Shown here: positions 25,841-38,835 of the stretch, one piece after another | Layout of the letters: each line of letters begins with the position of its first letter | How positions within the stretch are numbered: position 1 is the first letter of the stretch | Program-made: the position numbers and the translations under genes | Assembly: GCF_002113885.1 (NCBI RefSeq) | Contig: NW_018408889.1 | Location: 416,383-480,382, forward strand | Direction: 5' to 3' | DNA length: 64,000 nucleotides | Source: Mizuhopecten yessoensis | Taxonomy: Eukaryota | Notes under the pieces: generated by a model | The model's input: the letters and a program-made list of their open reading frames with translations, nothing else | What the model was told of the DNA's origin: nothing | Databases searched by the model: none

Positions 25841-26694
25841 AACCAATTATAGATTGATGGGTATATATGTACCATAATGTAGGTAAAATACATATGTATA
25901 CAGTGTATATATTATATATACAGTACTGTACTGAATTGTGAAGCTTGTCCTCTATTTCAACCAGATATCAATATACATTGTACATGCCAGGTGAAAAGGC
26001 CCCTTGTGGGCCAGGTTTGACCCATAACTATGTGCCATGTGTGCTTTTTAGAACTAGTATGGTCTGTGTATATCAATTATTCAAGTCCTTGAAAGCCTCA
26101 TGCAATAATGAATATACGTACTTCAGTACATAGTTATTCATTTTGGATATAGTTTATAATCTACACTGCCCAATGTTTCAAATTGTTATAAAATTGATAG
26201 TTTTACATTCGGAGAACATGATATGCTGATCATGAAGGTGACCCATTAGATCTGGTTTATATACATAATCAATATGTTAATTTCTGTTTGAGTTTCCTAG
26301 ATTTTAACACTAGACTATTTCCATCTAATGGCCATCAGTGGGATTAATTACTTCACTCTATATAGCAAGGATAATTGTGTTTAATATCCACTGGTGTCAT
26401 GTTCAGTCAACACAAGGGTCAACATAGGATGGTATGTTACACAAAAACACTTGCTACAGAATGAGATCAGGTTGTAATGCAAGTGATATGCATTGTTATT
26501 AGGACTGATGGGAGTGTAGCTTTGGATTTTATTGGAACAACTGAAATGATTGACATTCAATTAGCTAGCCTTTAGATCTGTAGAGGTACAACAGGGAAAA
26601 GAGTTGTCATCGCTTTGGCTAGCATATAGGATCAACTTGAATTATTATTATTGTCATATTGGTTAGCCTAATTGCAACTGCATTTGCAGTTATC

Positions 26695-27660
26695 TGGACA
26701 TTGACTAGCCTGTACAAACAACTGGAATTTCATTATTATGACATTGGCTCGCCCGTACAAACAACTGGAATTTTCATTATTGTGACATTGGCTAGCCTGT
26801 ACAAACAACTGGAATTATATCATTATTGTGACGTTGGCTAGCCCATACAAACAACTGGAAATTTCATTATTGTGACGTTGGCTGGACTGTAAGAACAACT
26901 GGAATTATCATTATTGTGACATTGGCTAGCCTGTACAAACAACTGGAATTATCATTATTGTGACGTTGGCTAGCCCGTACAAACAACTGGAATTATATCA
27001 TTATTGTGACATTGGCTAGCCTGTACAAACAACTGGAATTTTCATTATTGTGACGTTGGCTAGCCTGTACAAACAACTGGAATTTTCATTATTGTGACAT
27101 TGGCTGGACTGTACAAACAACTGGAATTATGATTTTGACATTGGCTTGCCTGCAGGAACAACTGGAATTATCATAATTGTGATATTGTCTATCTACAACT
27201 AAAAAGACCAACCGGAATAACTGTAAATGTGACATCGGATTGGCTAGCCTAAACGTATGTGTACAACTGGAATTGTCATAATTGTGACATTGTCTATCTA
27301 CAAGACCAACCGGAATAACTGTACCGTTAAATGTGACATTGGCTAGCCAAAACGTATGTGTACAACTGGAATTATCGTGATTGTGACATTGTCCATCTAC
27401 AAGACCAACCGGAATAACTGTAAATGTGACATTGGCTAGCCAAAACGTATGTGTACAACTGGAATTATCGTGATTGTGACATTGTCTATCTACAAGACCA
27501 ACCCGAATAACTGTAAATGTTATATTGGCTAGCCAAAACGTATGTGTACAACTGGAATTATCATGATTGTGACATTGTCCATCTACAAGACCAACCCGAA
27601 TAACTGTAAATGTTATATTGGATTGGCTAGCCTAAACGTATGTGAACAGCTGGAATTATT
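26695..27660. repeat. Compound minisatellite: ~44-46-bp monomers, then 93-bp dimeric units
   Basis: gacattggctagcctgtacaaacaactggaattatcattattgt to ~27170; then ggctagcc at 27341, 27434 and 27527 (93-bp spacing). Confidence 0.93.
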
Positions 27661-27989
27661 TCAACTGTGAAACAGGATAGTGAATATATCTAAATTTGAA
27701 CATCTGACCTCTACCTATAGTCAGATGATCACAAACACTTCGTGTCTGGTCACCTACCATTGACCCAGTCCAATTGTGCTACATTAATTAACTCCTGTGT
27801 TTGTAAGGAACATCTCTAGATCTGAAGACACTTCATTTGTCATTTCTTTCAGCCTCACATATATAGGTCACAATGGCAACCAACCAGAACACCTATCCAA
27901 ATATGCATGCATATTCCAATTGAAGGTGTGTAGCGCTAGCCTAACAAACCAGACCATGCATACTTGCCAACTCTCTCTATTTTTGATGA

Positions 27990-28200
27990 GGGAGACTTCA
28001 GATCTTAGACCCTAAAATTCAGGATTTCAAGTTCCACTGAATTTGCTAAACTATTTCTATTTTCTGAGCTCTGATGATTGAATCTGAGAAAACAGCTTAA
28101 AAGATGCCATTTAAAAGTGTTATTTTCCCCTAGGGTGTATTTGAACCTGTGTGATCTCCCCCATTGAAATTTTAAAAAGGTTGTCATGCATGGACCATGA
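27990..28200 (+). repeat. Dispersed repeat fragment (second copy ~59025-59240)
   Basis: Shared cagatct...aaactatt.ctattttct.ag.tctgatga...tgccatttaaaagtgttatttt.ccctagggt. Confidence 0.75.
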
Positions 28201-29804
28201 GCATGTAGACCAGAGTTTTAGATTTTCATTGTATAAAACTACATACAGATGTGCCGGGAATTAATCTAATCCAATTAAAAGGAAAACATGGTCAAATTTA
28301 CTATATCACATGGATTAGAACCCATGCACTATTATTAGTGAAAGCTTTACCAATGCAAATGAGCTGATCATGACTGATTAATGATTGATAGAGCACAGTT
28401 CAATCCCGAGATCATTAATTGACAACAATAATTAAATTATATATTTAAAATACAAGATGTTCATTAAATTGGATGTTGTATTTAAATTTGATAATGTGTA
28501 AAATATGTAATTCAATCATTTCCATGTGCTCCAAAAGGTAATATTGACAGGAATTCATTTCCTGTAGAATTACCACATAGTATTGTACCTTTATTTGTTA
28601 GCACTATCTATATTGCTTGTAAGGCATACATGTATATACACAAGAATTTGTGAGCTGTTTCAATGTAATTGGTTTTTTTTCTCTCCAACTGAAGTAATTT
28701 AGTTTTGTATTTTGGCAGAAATGTTCTACTGGTGAAAACTCTCTCTCAAATAATCGAATCGGGGAAAGTCGTTTCCGCAATGTTGGACGTGTATTGAACA
28801 TTGGTTGGGAAGATGTGGGCTTCATGCATGCATGTATAAAAATACTTCACTCTTTGTTTATACATATATATGTATATATGTACAAAGAATGTGATTACAC
28901 AATTCAGATTGAGGCTTAACATTTCCAGATCAGAGTCTTTTGAAGACTTGGTTGTGTCAGACACTGACTATTGGTGAGCATGCATGCTGACTGGGTGCTT
29001 TAGGTGCTCTGTGTGTAGCATCACAACTGTCTGATGGTCTTTATGTGTACTTTAGGTTCAATTATATTACATTTGGACTTGGCTAGAATGCAGAATTAGG
29101 GTTCCGTCCATGTATATCAGCAACATATGTATATCAGCAACATATGTATATAATGTTATAGAAATCACAGATTGGTGGATCTGTGCATGTAGTCATGGGC
29201 AGTCATGACCATAGTAGGAGTTTGGCCAAGCTGGACATATGGTGCACATGGTATACGTAGTTTGTTAGGAAAATATTGGTCTTTTTACAAATGGACCGGT
29301 ATATATACGTAGAATATGAAGTACAGGGGGTACATATTGTCTGTCTTTTGTTACTTTGATCTGTAGCCAAAGGTGTTACACAACAAAACATGTGCATGTA
29401 AGGTCTGTTGTTTATCATTTAGGCCAGACATGTATATATTGTTTTAACAGTAGAACTTACATGTAACCCTATGTACATGCATGTGTAATCAATATGTACA
29501 TGAAGGCGAAGCACAGGCCAAATCAGTTTCACTGGTGTTACGTATACTTCAGTTATAGAAAGACATTACTGGAGTTAGGGAAAAGAAAATTCATGAACTT
29601 TAGATTTTCTCACATGCATCTTCGATAATTCTTTCCTGAAGTTTCCTATGCTTGAAATTGAATGAAGATGGAGGATTTTCTCAAATAAGCTTGAAAGATG
29701 ATAATGTTATAGCCATTACATTTTTCTATCCATTGAACCAATTTGAGTATGATGATATTAGCTGTCTTCAAATGCTTACATACATACACCATCAAAAAAC
29801 ATAT

Positions 29805-30025
29805 CTGTATACTGGGAAATTTTCGCTGCAGTTTTGTTTTCGCCTTTTTCTCCTTCTGTAATGACGGCGAATTTACCATTTCATGAAACATTAATAAACA
29901 GCATAATATTCATAGTAATTAAATGTGAAGGGCGTAAATTAAAGAACACTGGGTGATCATGCATATGGCTTATTCTGAAGAAGGGTGAAAGTTTGACTGG
30001 TGAAAATTTCCCGGTACATTGTATA
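29805..30025. mobile_element. Tc1/mariner-like MITE
   Basis: tactgggaaattttcgc ... ggtgaaaatttcccggta inverted termini. Confidence 0.6.
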
Positions 30026-30318
30026 TATATACAGCTAGCATGCGCAGTAGCCATTGAAAACAAAAATTTAGTTTGATTCTCCTTGTCAGTATATATATCA
30101 TCATTTCTTATACTTAACTGTAACAAATATTAAGTAAAAAAAAAGAACAAGACCCAGAGCCAGCAGACATGGGTTATCTTGGTTGAAGAAGTCGATGACT
30201 CACTGTAATATAATATATACATACCGATATACCTAATATGCAGAAAGGTGTATAAACAGTTTATGAAAGTTCTTATCGTGTCATTATAATTCTCTGTTGT
30301 ACTATTTGGCAGATCACC

Positions 30319-30447
30319 ATGGAGACTATAAAGAGGAGACTCAGTTTTCGGAAAAAGAAACCACACGTTCCAGAATGTTCAAAACCTCACCAATGGCAGG
30401 AAGATGAGAAGAAGGTGCGCGACGGCACATGCAGTTTCCAAGTCAGG
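30319..30447 (+). CDS. numb: Protein numb, exon with canonical start ([43 protein letters not shown]); exon begins at 30313
   Basis: Numb signature SFR.KK..VPE.S.PHQWQ.DE..VR.G.CSF.V; ggcag acceptor, AGG|gtaagt donor. Confidence 0.97.
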
Positions 30448-30494
30448 GTAAGTTTACATATGTACAGTAGCTATAGGATATGATTTGTTTGTAA

Positions 30495-30875
30495 GGCATT
30501 CCACGGGTTTCCAGCCCAAGAGAATGTTTGCCTGACCAAGTCAAACAAAAGATTCAACAAGATTCTCCTTCTTTCCAAGGACTGTGATACAATGAAACCA
30601 TTCCATGAGTTTCCAGCCCAAGAGAATGTTTGCCTGACCAAGTCAATCAGAAGATTAAAAAAGACTCGCCTTCTTTCCAAGGACTGTGATACAATGAAAC
30701 TGTCTACCAGGACATGTCTGCAGTACACCTTTAAACCTGAGGTGTAGAAAATCTATACCAAGTCAAACATAAGATTCAACAAGACTCGCCTTCTTTCTAA
30801 GGACTGTGATACAATGAAACTGTCTACCAGGACATGTCTGCAGTACACCTTTAAACCTGAGGTGTAGAAAGTCTG
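30495..30875. repeat. Local nested duplications (~100-120 bp) just downstream of the numb exon donor
   Basis: ccagcccaagagaatgtttgcctgaccaag x2; ccttctttc(c/t)aaggactgtgatacaatgaaac x3; ctgtctaccaggacatgtctgcag...gtagaaa x2. Confidence 0.85.
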
Positions 30876-32505
30876 TTCTTGTCTTTATCCAGTCCCACTC
30901 TGGTCTTTCTCACTTTTCTTTACCATTTCTTGCCTTACTTTTGTAAGGTGCTATGCTACATGTACACATATATCAACCTTGAGAATTATCCCTTTCTGTG
31001 AAATGTTCCACAAAGTTACCAAACCAACCCACAACTACCTAAAGCCTTACTAAACCATGCCTAACCAGCTCAGACCTTCTCCAACTCGATCAACCCACCT
31101 TTCCCCAAAACCCAGGACATGGTCCAACACCAACAAGCTGATTTGACATTCCTAGAGATGGCCTAAATGAGCTATCTCATGACTTCCAGTACAAAGGCAT
31201 GGCCTTAGCATCCTTAACAGAAGTTATATCCTATGTTGTGTGCCTTCAATGCTGGATCGTGATCCTGAAGATAAGATGTGAAATGGCTGACTTGTGTGCC
31301 CAGTGATTTTTGGGACTCCGATATTTGAGTCCAATTAGAGACTCATATGCATGCTCTTCCTGTGGGACTCACTAACTTTTGGAGAATACACTATACATTT
31401 AATTTTGTACCCTTGGTAATAGGACTTATGAAAATTTTGAAAAAAAAAACGTTCAGGATTCGGTAGAAAAAAATCTGAAAGTCTTTCTGGCTGAAAGTCT
31501 AAGAATCTATGGAGTCTCTCGTTGTACGACACCAGTGATTTTTGTAGAATTTTTTCTACCAAAATGTCTGGACTTATACTAATGCACTTACCAAGATAGC
31601 CAACTGCGCATGAGCTACCTGGTCAACAGAAGCATCCTGACCCAAATGAGCTACCACAGGGCCATCTGAAACAAAATCTAAGGGGAGGTCACTCTATGAA
31701 AAACTAAATTGGAATTCTTTACTGCTTTGTCTGCAGTGGGACATGGATGCTTAAATGCTGATTTAGTAATTAAGTCAATTAATAAAAACATGGAACCAGG
31801 AAGTAGTAATTATTACTAGACTAACTGTACAGTTCATTGATATGGAACCTCCTAAAACATTCCAGCACATTATATATACATTGCTGTATATATGTTACTT
31901 CTGATATTTCCATCGATACAGATTTGATTCTAAAAATTCCTATGTAAATGGTGTTGGCATGGATGAGTGCACTGTGTATTGAGTGGCTCTCGATCAGCCC
32001 TTGTGGGAGGCCTGGTCCAGAAGACTCAGATATTGGCAGGAGATTTATACTGCAATCTCTTGAAGTATCCATATGTGTAATAAGCTTATGATTGTATGTT
32101 TGCACTATAGTAGTATGGATTTATAACCACTTGCCAGACTTAACATTTAGTGGTTGAACAGGCATCGACCAAAACTCCTTTGGTGTGAAAGCATAATATG
32201 TAGTTTAAGATATAACACAGAATTAATCGTGTAAATGTATATGATATGGACGGTGGTACATCCTGTGCCGGGGTTCTGACACAGCGGGCTAGGGACATGT
32301 GTTGGTATCATGAACAAAAATAATCCCTGCCAATATCGTCTCATTAAAAATGTATGATCATGATGATTTAGGCCTTTAACACTAATGGAATTATATGGTG
32401 AATTCAGCAAGCATTTAGATGATATATGATGACACACAAAAGTGTGTGTGTATACATATCTGAAAACAGTATAGATTGTATTGTTAAAGATATACATTTT
32501 CATAT

Positions 32506-32744
32506 TGGGTTTGGGTTGTTTGTGTTTAACGTCCTGTAAACAGCTATAGTCATTTAAGGATGTGCCGGGTTTTGGTGGTGGAGGTAAACAGGCTAGGGCT
32601 ACCTGGGGAGAATCCACCGACCAGCAGCTAATACCTGGTGACTGCCCCAGTTCTGGTGTAGGCCTCGAACCCGAGACCCAGTTCTGGAGGGCTAGTGATC
32701 GAAGACGGTCAGACACCTTAACCACTAGGGTCACAGCAGTACCC
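32506..32744 (-). mobile_element. SINE family B copy
   Basis: Reverse complement of 19757-19983; explains ORFs 32147-32734 and 32562-32870. Confidence 0.85.
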
Positions 32745-33998
32745 TACATTGTAGTATTGGCGCAGTTGATGATATCATTATCAGTAGGTTTTGCAGACAT
32801 TTTTCAGGCAAGTCCTGAACCTCTTTTTAAAAATTTGTCGAGTCCCATTTCTAAGAAATATACATTGTAATGGGTCCTCAGAAAGTTTGTAAGCACAAGT
32901 CCAGGGCTCAGATATTGAAAGTCCCAAAGTCCCAGGATGTTTTGTTAAAGCTTACCTATACAATATACTGAAGCTATGAGATTTACAGGCAATTCTTACT
33001 TCTGAAGCGAGTTTCGGGCTGAAAAATGTTCACATTTCCTGTACTAGCCCACACTTGATTACAATCAGAGACTGACATGTGCTAGTCTTTTCACACTCGG
33101 ACCACCATGTTGATTTTTGAATGTCAGAAGTGCCATATCCTGGATCCCTATTTCCAAAACATTCAAAAACAAAATTCATGGTATTAAGTCATCCACACCT
33201 GTTTTGCATACATTACATGTCACAATATACATGTACTTATCATTTAACACCTCAAATTGTATATATGTCTGCCATATGTAATCATAGACCCTTCAATGAA
33301 AGATGTGACTAAGTGTCTTGTGATACTGAAGAGGAAAGGACTTATCTGTTATAACAGTCTGACTGATCATGAACTGTAGGATACATACATGTGCCCATAG
33401 CCCCCAGCACACAAGGCAGGCAGTACATGTACAAGTGGCTTAGAGATGGAGGATGGAGGCCATATATCTTACAAGGGATATTTAAGCAGACAACCAGGAG
33501 CTTGTAATGAGCTTTAGAAAGATCGTGCGAGCAGTCATTGCGTTTAAGTTAATTAAAGAAAGACAATATTTTCTCCTTTCTGTCATCATGTTCGGTAACA
33601 CTATTGTCTTGTTTGCGTATACACTGTTACGTGAAGGATATTTACATATTTATAGGCGATAGAGGAAAGAATAAAACTGGTCGTGCTTCAATCAATATAG
33701 CATAATTAGATGAGTCTGCAGAAAGAGTTTATGCCCAGAATGTTTAAACATTTCAATACTTCCTGGATATACAGACCAACAGTTTTATGACATTTGTATT
33801 CATAACAATGAGCAATATCCATTTCCATATATACGATACATGGGTTGTGTTGAGTTAACAGGAAACTATTTTATTATTACATTATTACATTACGAAACGT
33901 CTCAGTTTATGTTTACAGGTTGCCTTGAGTTGAGTTTAGCTTTTCTGTTCTATAATCTGCATTTTGTGTACATTGTGGTTTTTTTTCTCCGGTTTTAG

Positions 33999-34073
33999 TA
34001 CCTGGGTTGCCTGGAGGTGTTCGAGTCACGAGGGATGCAAGTATGCGAAGAGGCTGTGAAAACGTTAAAAGCT
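33999..34073 (+). CDS. numb: numb PTB exon ([25 protein letters not shown])
   Basis: Polypyrimidine tract + ag, GCT|gtaagt, 75 nt phase 0-0; YLG..EV.ESRGM..CE.AVK.LKA Numb motif. Confidence 0.97.
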
Positions 34074-36604
34074 GTAAGTATCATGCTAGAGAATTCATGG
34101 CTTTGCTCGTGTTCAGCTACTGGAAAGCTACCTGTTTCGAAGGTCATATTTGTACGTTGACTCCGATGTTGCTTCTGTAATCAAATTGCACGGAGTTCAC
34201 GTAATTTAAAAAAAACCACTTTGAGATTAAAATGAAACAGTACATTTATTACATTATAGTACCAAATAGGTCACAGCACCCGAGGGAAAACAGAACATGT
34301 CCTACATAGCACTACTTGTTTAAAGCTGCTAAATTACAGAATCATTTTAGCCTAGTGCTATAGGAACCCTCATTTGATATTTGGATAATTGGGAAGAAGA
34401 GGATGAAATAGTAATATACATGAAGTTAATTTTAAGTCACCCCTGGGGGAACCCCCAGTGGGGACTATTAATTCCGGTTTCAGTCCCAGCTTTTGACATC
34501 TGTTGCTTTTCCCTAAGAAGAGCTTTTCTGTGTTTGCTTCTGTCAGAATATACCAGGCGCTAATTACAAGGCGTTCCAAATTTCACACCGGAATTACATA
34601 TAACCTAAAGATGTTCCGAGTATGAATCAGGCACCTTTGAGGTTCCCAAAGGGGTAGACTGTTATATAATAAATTGCTACTGATTGGTTTAGATATTTTA
34701 TGTCTGACCAACGACTATCGTTAATATTTGGTATAGTGCATACTTTTTTTAAAGGAAAATTGAAATGCCATGAAAGGGGGGTGTACATGACACTCAAAGA
34801 CAATCCAAAACCAGTCCTAGGTTGAGACCATTTATCGTATTTTTTTCGAGAATTTTTGGAAATATTTTGAAATACGCTCGCAGCAATAAATTGCTAAATT
34901 TCATTGAATAACCCCAATTGCATTGCCAATTTAACTATTACGAAAAGTTGCAAGTTTTAGTCATATTATACGATAGAATCGGATAAATAAACTCGCATAA
35001 AGTTGGCCAAACTTTTCAGGACGTGACGTTGTGAATTGATAAATACCACATATGGGGAAACATAACGAAGAATTGCATCAAAATTAGCACTCTGGGGTTA
35101 AAATGTCGTTCTTGGGTAAAATCATGCTGCACTATTCAATCTCGACAATAGGAATGTGTCAAAATGACATGGTGAAAGTGGCGAAGTTTGCAAGTTTGTG
35201 TACCGCAAAGAGTCAAGGTTGCGTGATACTATTAACCGGCAGGAATTCACAAGGTGACATTCATGCGAATTGAACCGATAATGATAAAAGTTAAAGTTTG
35301 AAAATAAATATTAATAGGCTCAAAACAGTCAAAAATACATTTCGATCTTTTCTTTTCAAAGGAGAATTGCTGAAATCACAATTGTTTGGTGTTCTTCATG
35401 TCTCACGAATTTGGCTGTTGGCGGTCCTCGTCGAACCTGTTTGAGTGACTGCTTTTAGGCGTACATACTGCCGATATTGATGTCCGATTCAGTCGGATTT
35501 GCAGACATTCAGAAAACTACTTGGAAAAGTGTGTTTTATAACAAAAAAAAGTAGAAGATAAGAGTCTTTTCTGAAACTTATTGTTGTGAAAACAACATCG
35601 TTATATTCCAATAACCTGTTCTGCCCATGCAAGGTGACCGTGTCAGCAGATGTCCCCGTACTCGAGGTGTCGGTCAACGCTAACGTTATATTTGTCACAT
35701 GCTTTCTTATTAATTCCATGTGTTGGCATGGCTACCTAAACAGCGTGTATGTATTAACACCTGGTCATTGATTGACAGGTGGAAATACATCCGTTGTAGC
35801 TTGGTCAATGATTTATCTGAAATGATCATACAGGAGATGTGGTGACTTTCATGTCATTTTGACATATTTCTAGACTTTAAATTATATTCTGTTAATTATA
35901 ATATAAAACCATGTCCCCATATCTATTTGCTATATATATTTATATATTACTTAACGACTTTTTTTTCAATTTCCCAATTTCAAGAATTAGCAGTGGAAAT
36001 CCCCAATTATAAAAATTGGCTATGAAAATTCCTGAAAACCTTAATGCTCAGAGCCTCATTTTAAAACTGCTGCAGTCAGTTCTGTAACCGCTCTTGAGAT
36101 AAATACCTTGTGAAGTTTTCATCTTTTCTTGACTTTGTGTTTTGAGAGCACTAAAAAAACTGGCACTAGCAGCTTAATGTATTGTCAACTTGTTTACAAC
36201 GTGCACTATGTGGAGAGAGCTGCCTAGACTTCAATGAAACTATCAGTACGCAAGGAGAGTTGGTCATGTTCCCCTTTTTGTAAAACCATGTCCATCCACA
36301 CCTATCATGAACTTCAAAGATTTCAATAAGAATTTGTATATGTCATCAGAATGGAAGATAGTTGTTTACTGTGTAATATATTTCCATTGTTAATTGTATA
36401 GATCTGTTACAACCAAATGTTACTCCTAAGGAGTTATGTAGGGTATGAGTTTGAAACTATGACTTACAGTTCTAGTTTACAACTCATTATATGCAAGGTG
36501 TTATGAAATCTAAATATGGACAATTTCCATATTGATATATATTGATATACATCATATTCCGTGACAAGTCTTGTGTGGAGCAGTCACAGGGGAAGTTTGG
36601 ACAG

Positions 36605-36885
36605 TGTTTGTAGCGACACCTGCAGGTCATTTACTGTACTACTATATGATACTGTGGGTCTACCGTGTATAGAACATTTCCATAGAATGGTTCTGAACCT
36701 TGCTTGTAGCGACACCTTCAGGTCATTTCCTGTACTATATTGATACTGTGGGTCTACTGTGTATAGAACATTTCCATAGAATGGATCGGAACCTTACTTG
36801 TAGCGACACCCTTAGGTCATTTCCTGTACTATATGATACTGTGGGTTACCATGTATAGAACATGAATGGTTCGGAACCTTGCCAA
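36605..36885. repeat. ~97-bp tandem repeat x3
   Basis: tgtagcgacacc...ggtcattt.ctgtacta...gatactgtggg...tatagaacat...gaacctt. Confidence 0.9.
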
Positions 36886-37619
36886 AACACAACACTACTC
36901 CACCCACTTGGGCCCACCACCCCAGCCTCTGTTGCATGATATGTTGTTTGGCTTGGATTTCACTGTGACCGGTTCCCTTAGCAGTACAGATGTGGTGGTG
37001 TAAGGCTTCTTTAATGTTTAATGAACTGAAACATAACATGGAAAAAAAATATGTGTACAAATGTCAGTTATTGGAAGAGCATTTGGTCCATAAACCTTTT
37101 TCATAGACGACACTAGGGTCATAAAAATGCTTCGTAAAAGGGGCATATACACAACATAAAAACTAAACGTATCAAGGTCTGTATGTTATGGGTGCATTCC
37201 GCTGGGTTGAAATATGACGTGTTTATTTGCAGATAATAAGCACAGGTTTCTTTCCAATAGTAGTTCTTGCATTGATATTAGTTCAGATAAAGATAATCAC
37301 AATGTATCTGAACCACAACCAGACCATGTGAGACCCTGTGTTAATTAACTAGACTCTGAAAACTTCCCCTTACCTGAACATAAACCTTTGGTCCCTGCGG
37401 TGATTGGTTTAGGCAGGTGTCACTTTGTATAGGGAAAAAATAAACAGGATTCCACTACAGAATGTCAACATAAACTTGGTTTGAACTGTGGAGATTATGG
37501 CTAAGTGTTGTATTCTTATCCAATTTTCCTGTGAGAATGTTTTTTCCCTTCAATTTTCATCCAAACGATCCTAAATTATATTTATACCATCAATGATGCA
37601 TATGATTATTGATATTCAA

Positions 37620-38010
37620 ATATTCAGGTAAATATTCAAAATGATTTAGACCTAAAATAATCTTTTGATAGAATGAATCAAATTTAAAATGTATAATTAA
37701 GATGAAAACATGATGTATTTTTGATAATTCAAAAGCCCAAGGCCCCATTTCCAAAATAAAAATAGAGCAAATAGAAGAACAGAAATAATGGCTTCGGCAA
37801 AGTAATGCAGAATTCTGTCGAAAAAATAATGCAAGTATTCAAAATTATTTAGTCCAAAAATAATCTTTTGATAGAATGAGTTAAATGTCAAATTTACAAT
37901 TTGGATGAAAAAAAAGTGTTTGTGATCAAAAGCCCAAGGCCCCCATTCCTAAAATAGAGCAAAAAGAAAAAAGAAACAAAATGCTCCAGCCAAGCGATGC
38001 AGACTTCTGC
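37620..38010. repeat. ~200-bp diverged tandem duplication
   Basis: aaataatcttttgatagaatga and caaaagcccaaggcccc..aaaatagagcaaa each occur twice. Confidence 0.75.
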
Positions 38011-38606
38011 CATTTGTCATATAATCGTTACGTGAAATAAGTTCTGCCATGATGGTAAAAGATATGTACGTATAAAGTATCTATTGATCCACGAATGGTT
38101 CGGTATACATCGTAAAGATGGCTAGAATACGATGGCTTGGAGGAATTAAGTGTAATGCCCTGGACGTGATCGCCATAACAACAAATGTCTGATGGTCCTT
38201 TCTCATGGGAAATCAAAATGACAGCATTTTTCAAGAAATATTGTAAAAAACTGGGACACATTTTACAAGAAATCTAGGAAAAATACATTCGGTGAATTAG
38301 TGAACATGAAAGAATTTGAGAGATTAATGCGTCTAGCGTGAAACAGTGATTTATCTCCGACCTTCAATATTGTGACAAAATCAGAAATTCCACTATAAAT
38401 CAAAATTTCATTGGTAAACTAATACCAGTTTTTAGTTTTAATATAATTTTTTAATATAAAAACATTTTTAAGACTTTTCTAGTAAGAACAATTTATAGTT
38501 GTGTCAGATTTATTCTGTTACGAAAATTTGACAGAATTTTAAAAGGTGGTCTATGAAGTAATTTTCTTTGTACATTTGAAATCACTTTACAGGCATGTGT
38601 ATTGAT

Positions 38607-38835
38607 TAGGGGTGTCACAATATGCTTGGAGTGTATCACAATAAATTGCAATGCAGAAGGAATATATTGTGATTGGGTCCCCGTTATATTGTCGTAGGAA
38701 AAAGTGCTCAATATAAAAACAAATAACTGTCAGAATGATTTCTAACTGAACCATATATCGTATGATCACACAGATTTAAGATTTTTCGTTAAACCTACGA
38801 TCGATTATGAAATCTCTGTTTATTTCTCGCCCCTA
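38607..38835. mobile_element. hAT-like MITE (degenerate)
   Basis: taggggtg ... cgccccta termini; TSD not conserved. Confidence 0.5.

Noticed and set aside
32147-32870. 195-aa and 102-aa ORFs
   Set aside because: Overlap a SINE copy and AT-rich intron; not protein-like
33588-33600. Alternative start ATG TTC G|gtaaca upstream of exon 33999
   Set aside because: Phase 1 donor is incompatible with the phase 0 acceptor of the next numb exon
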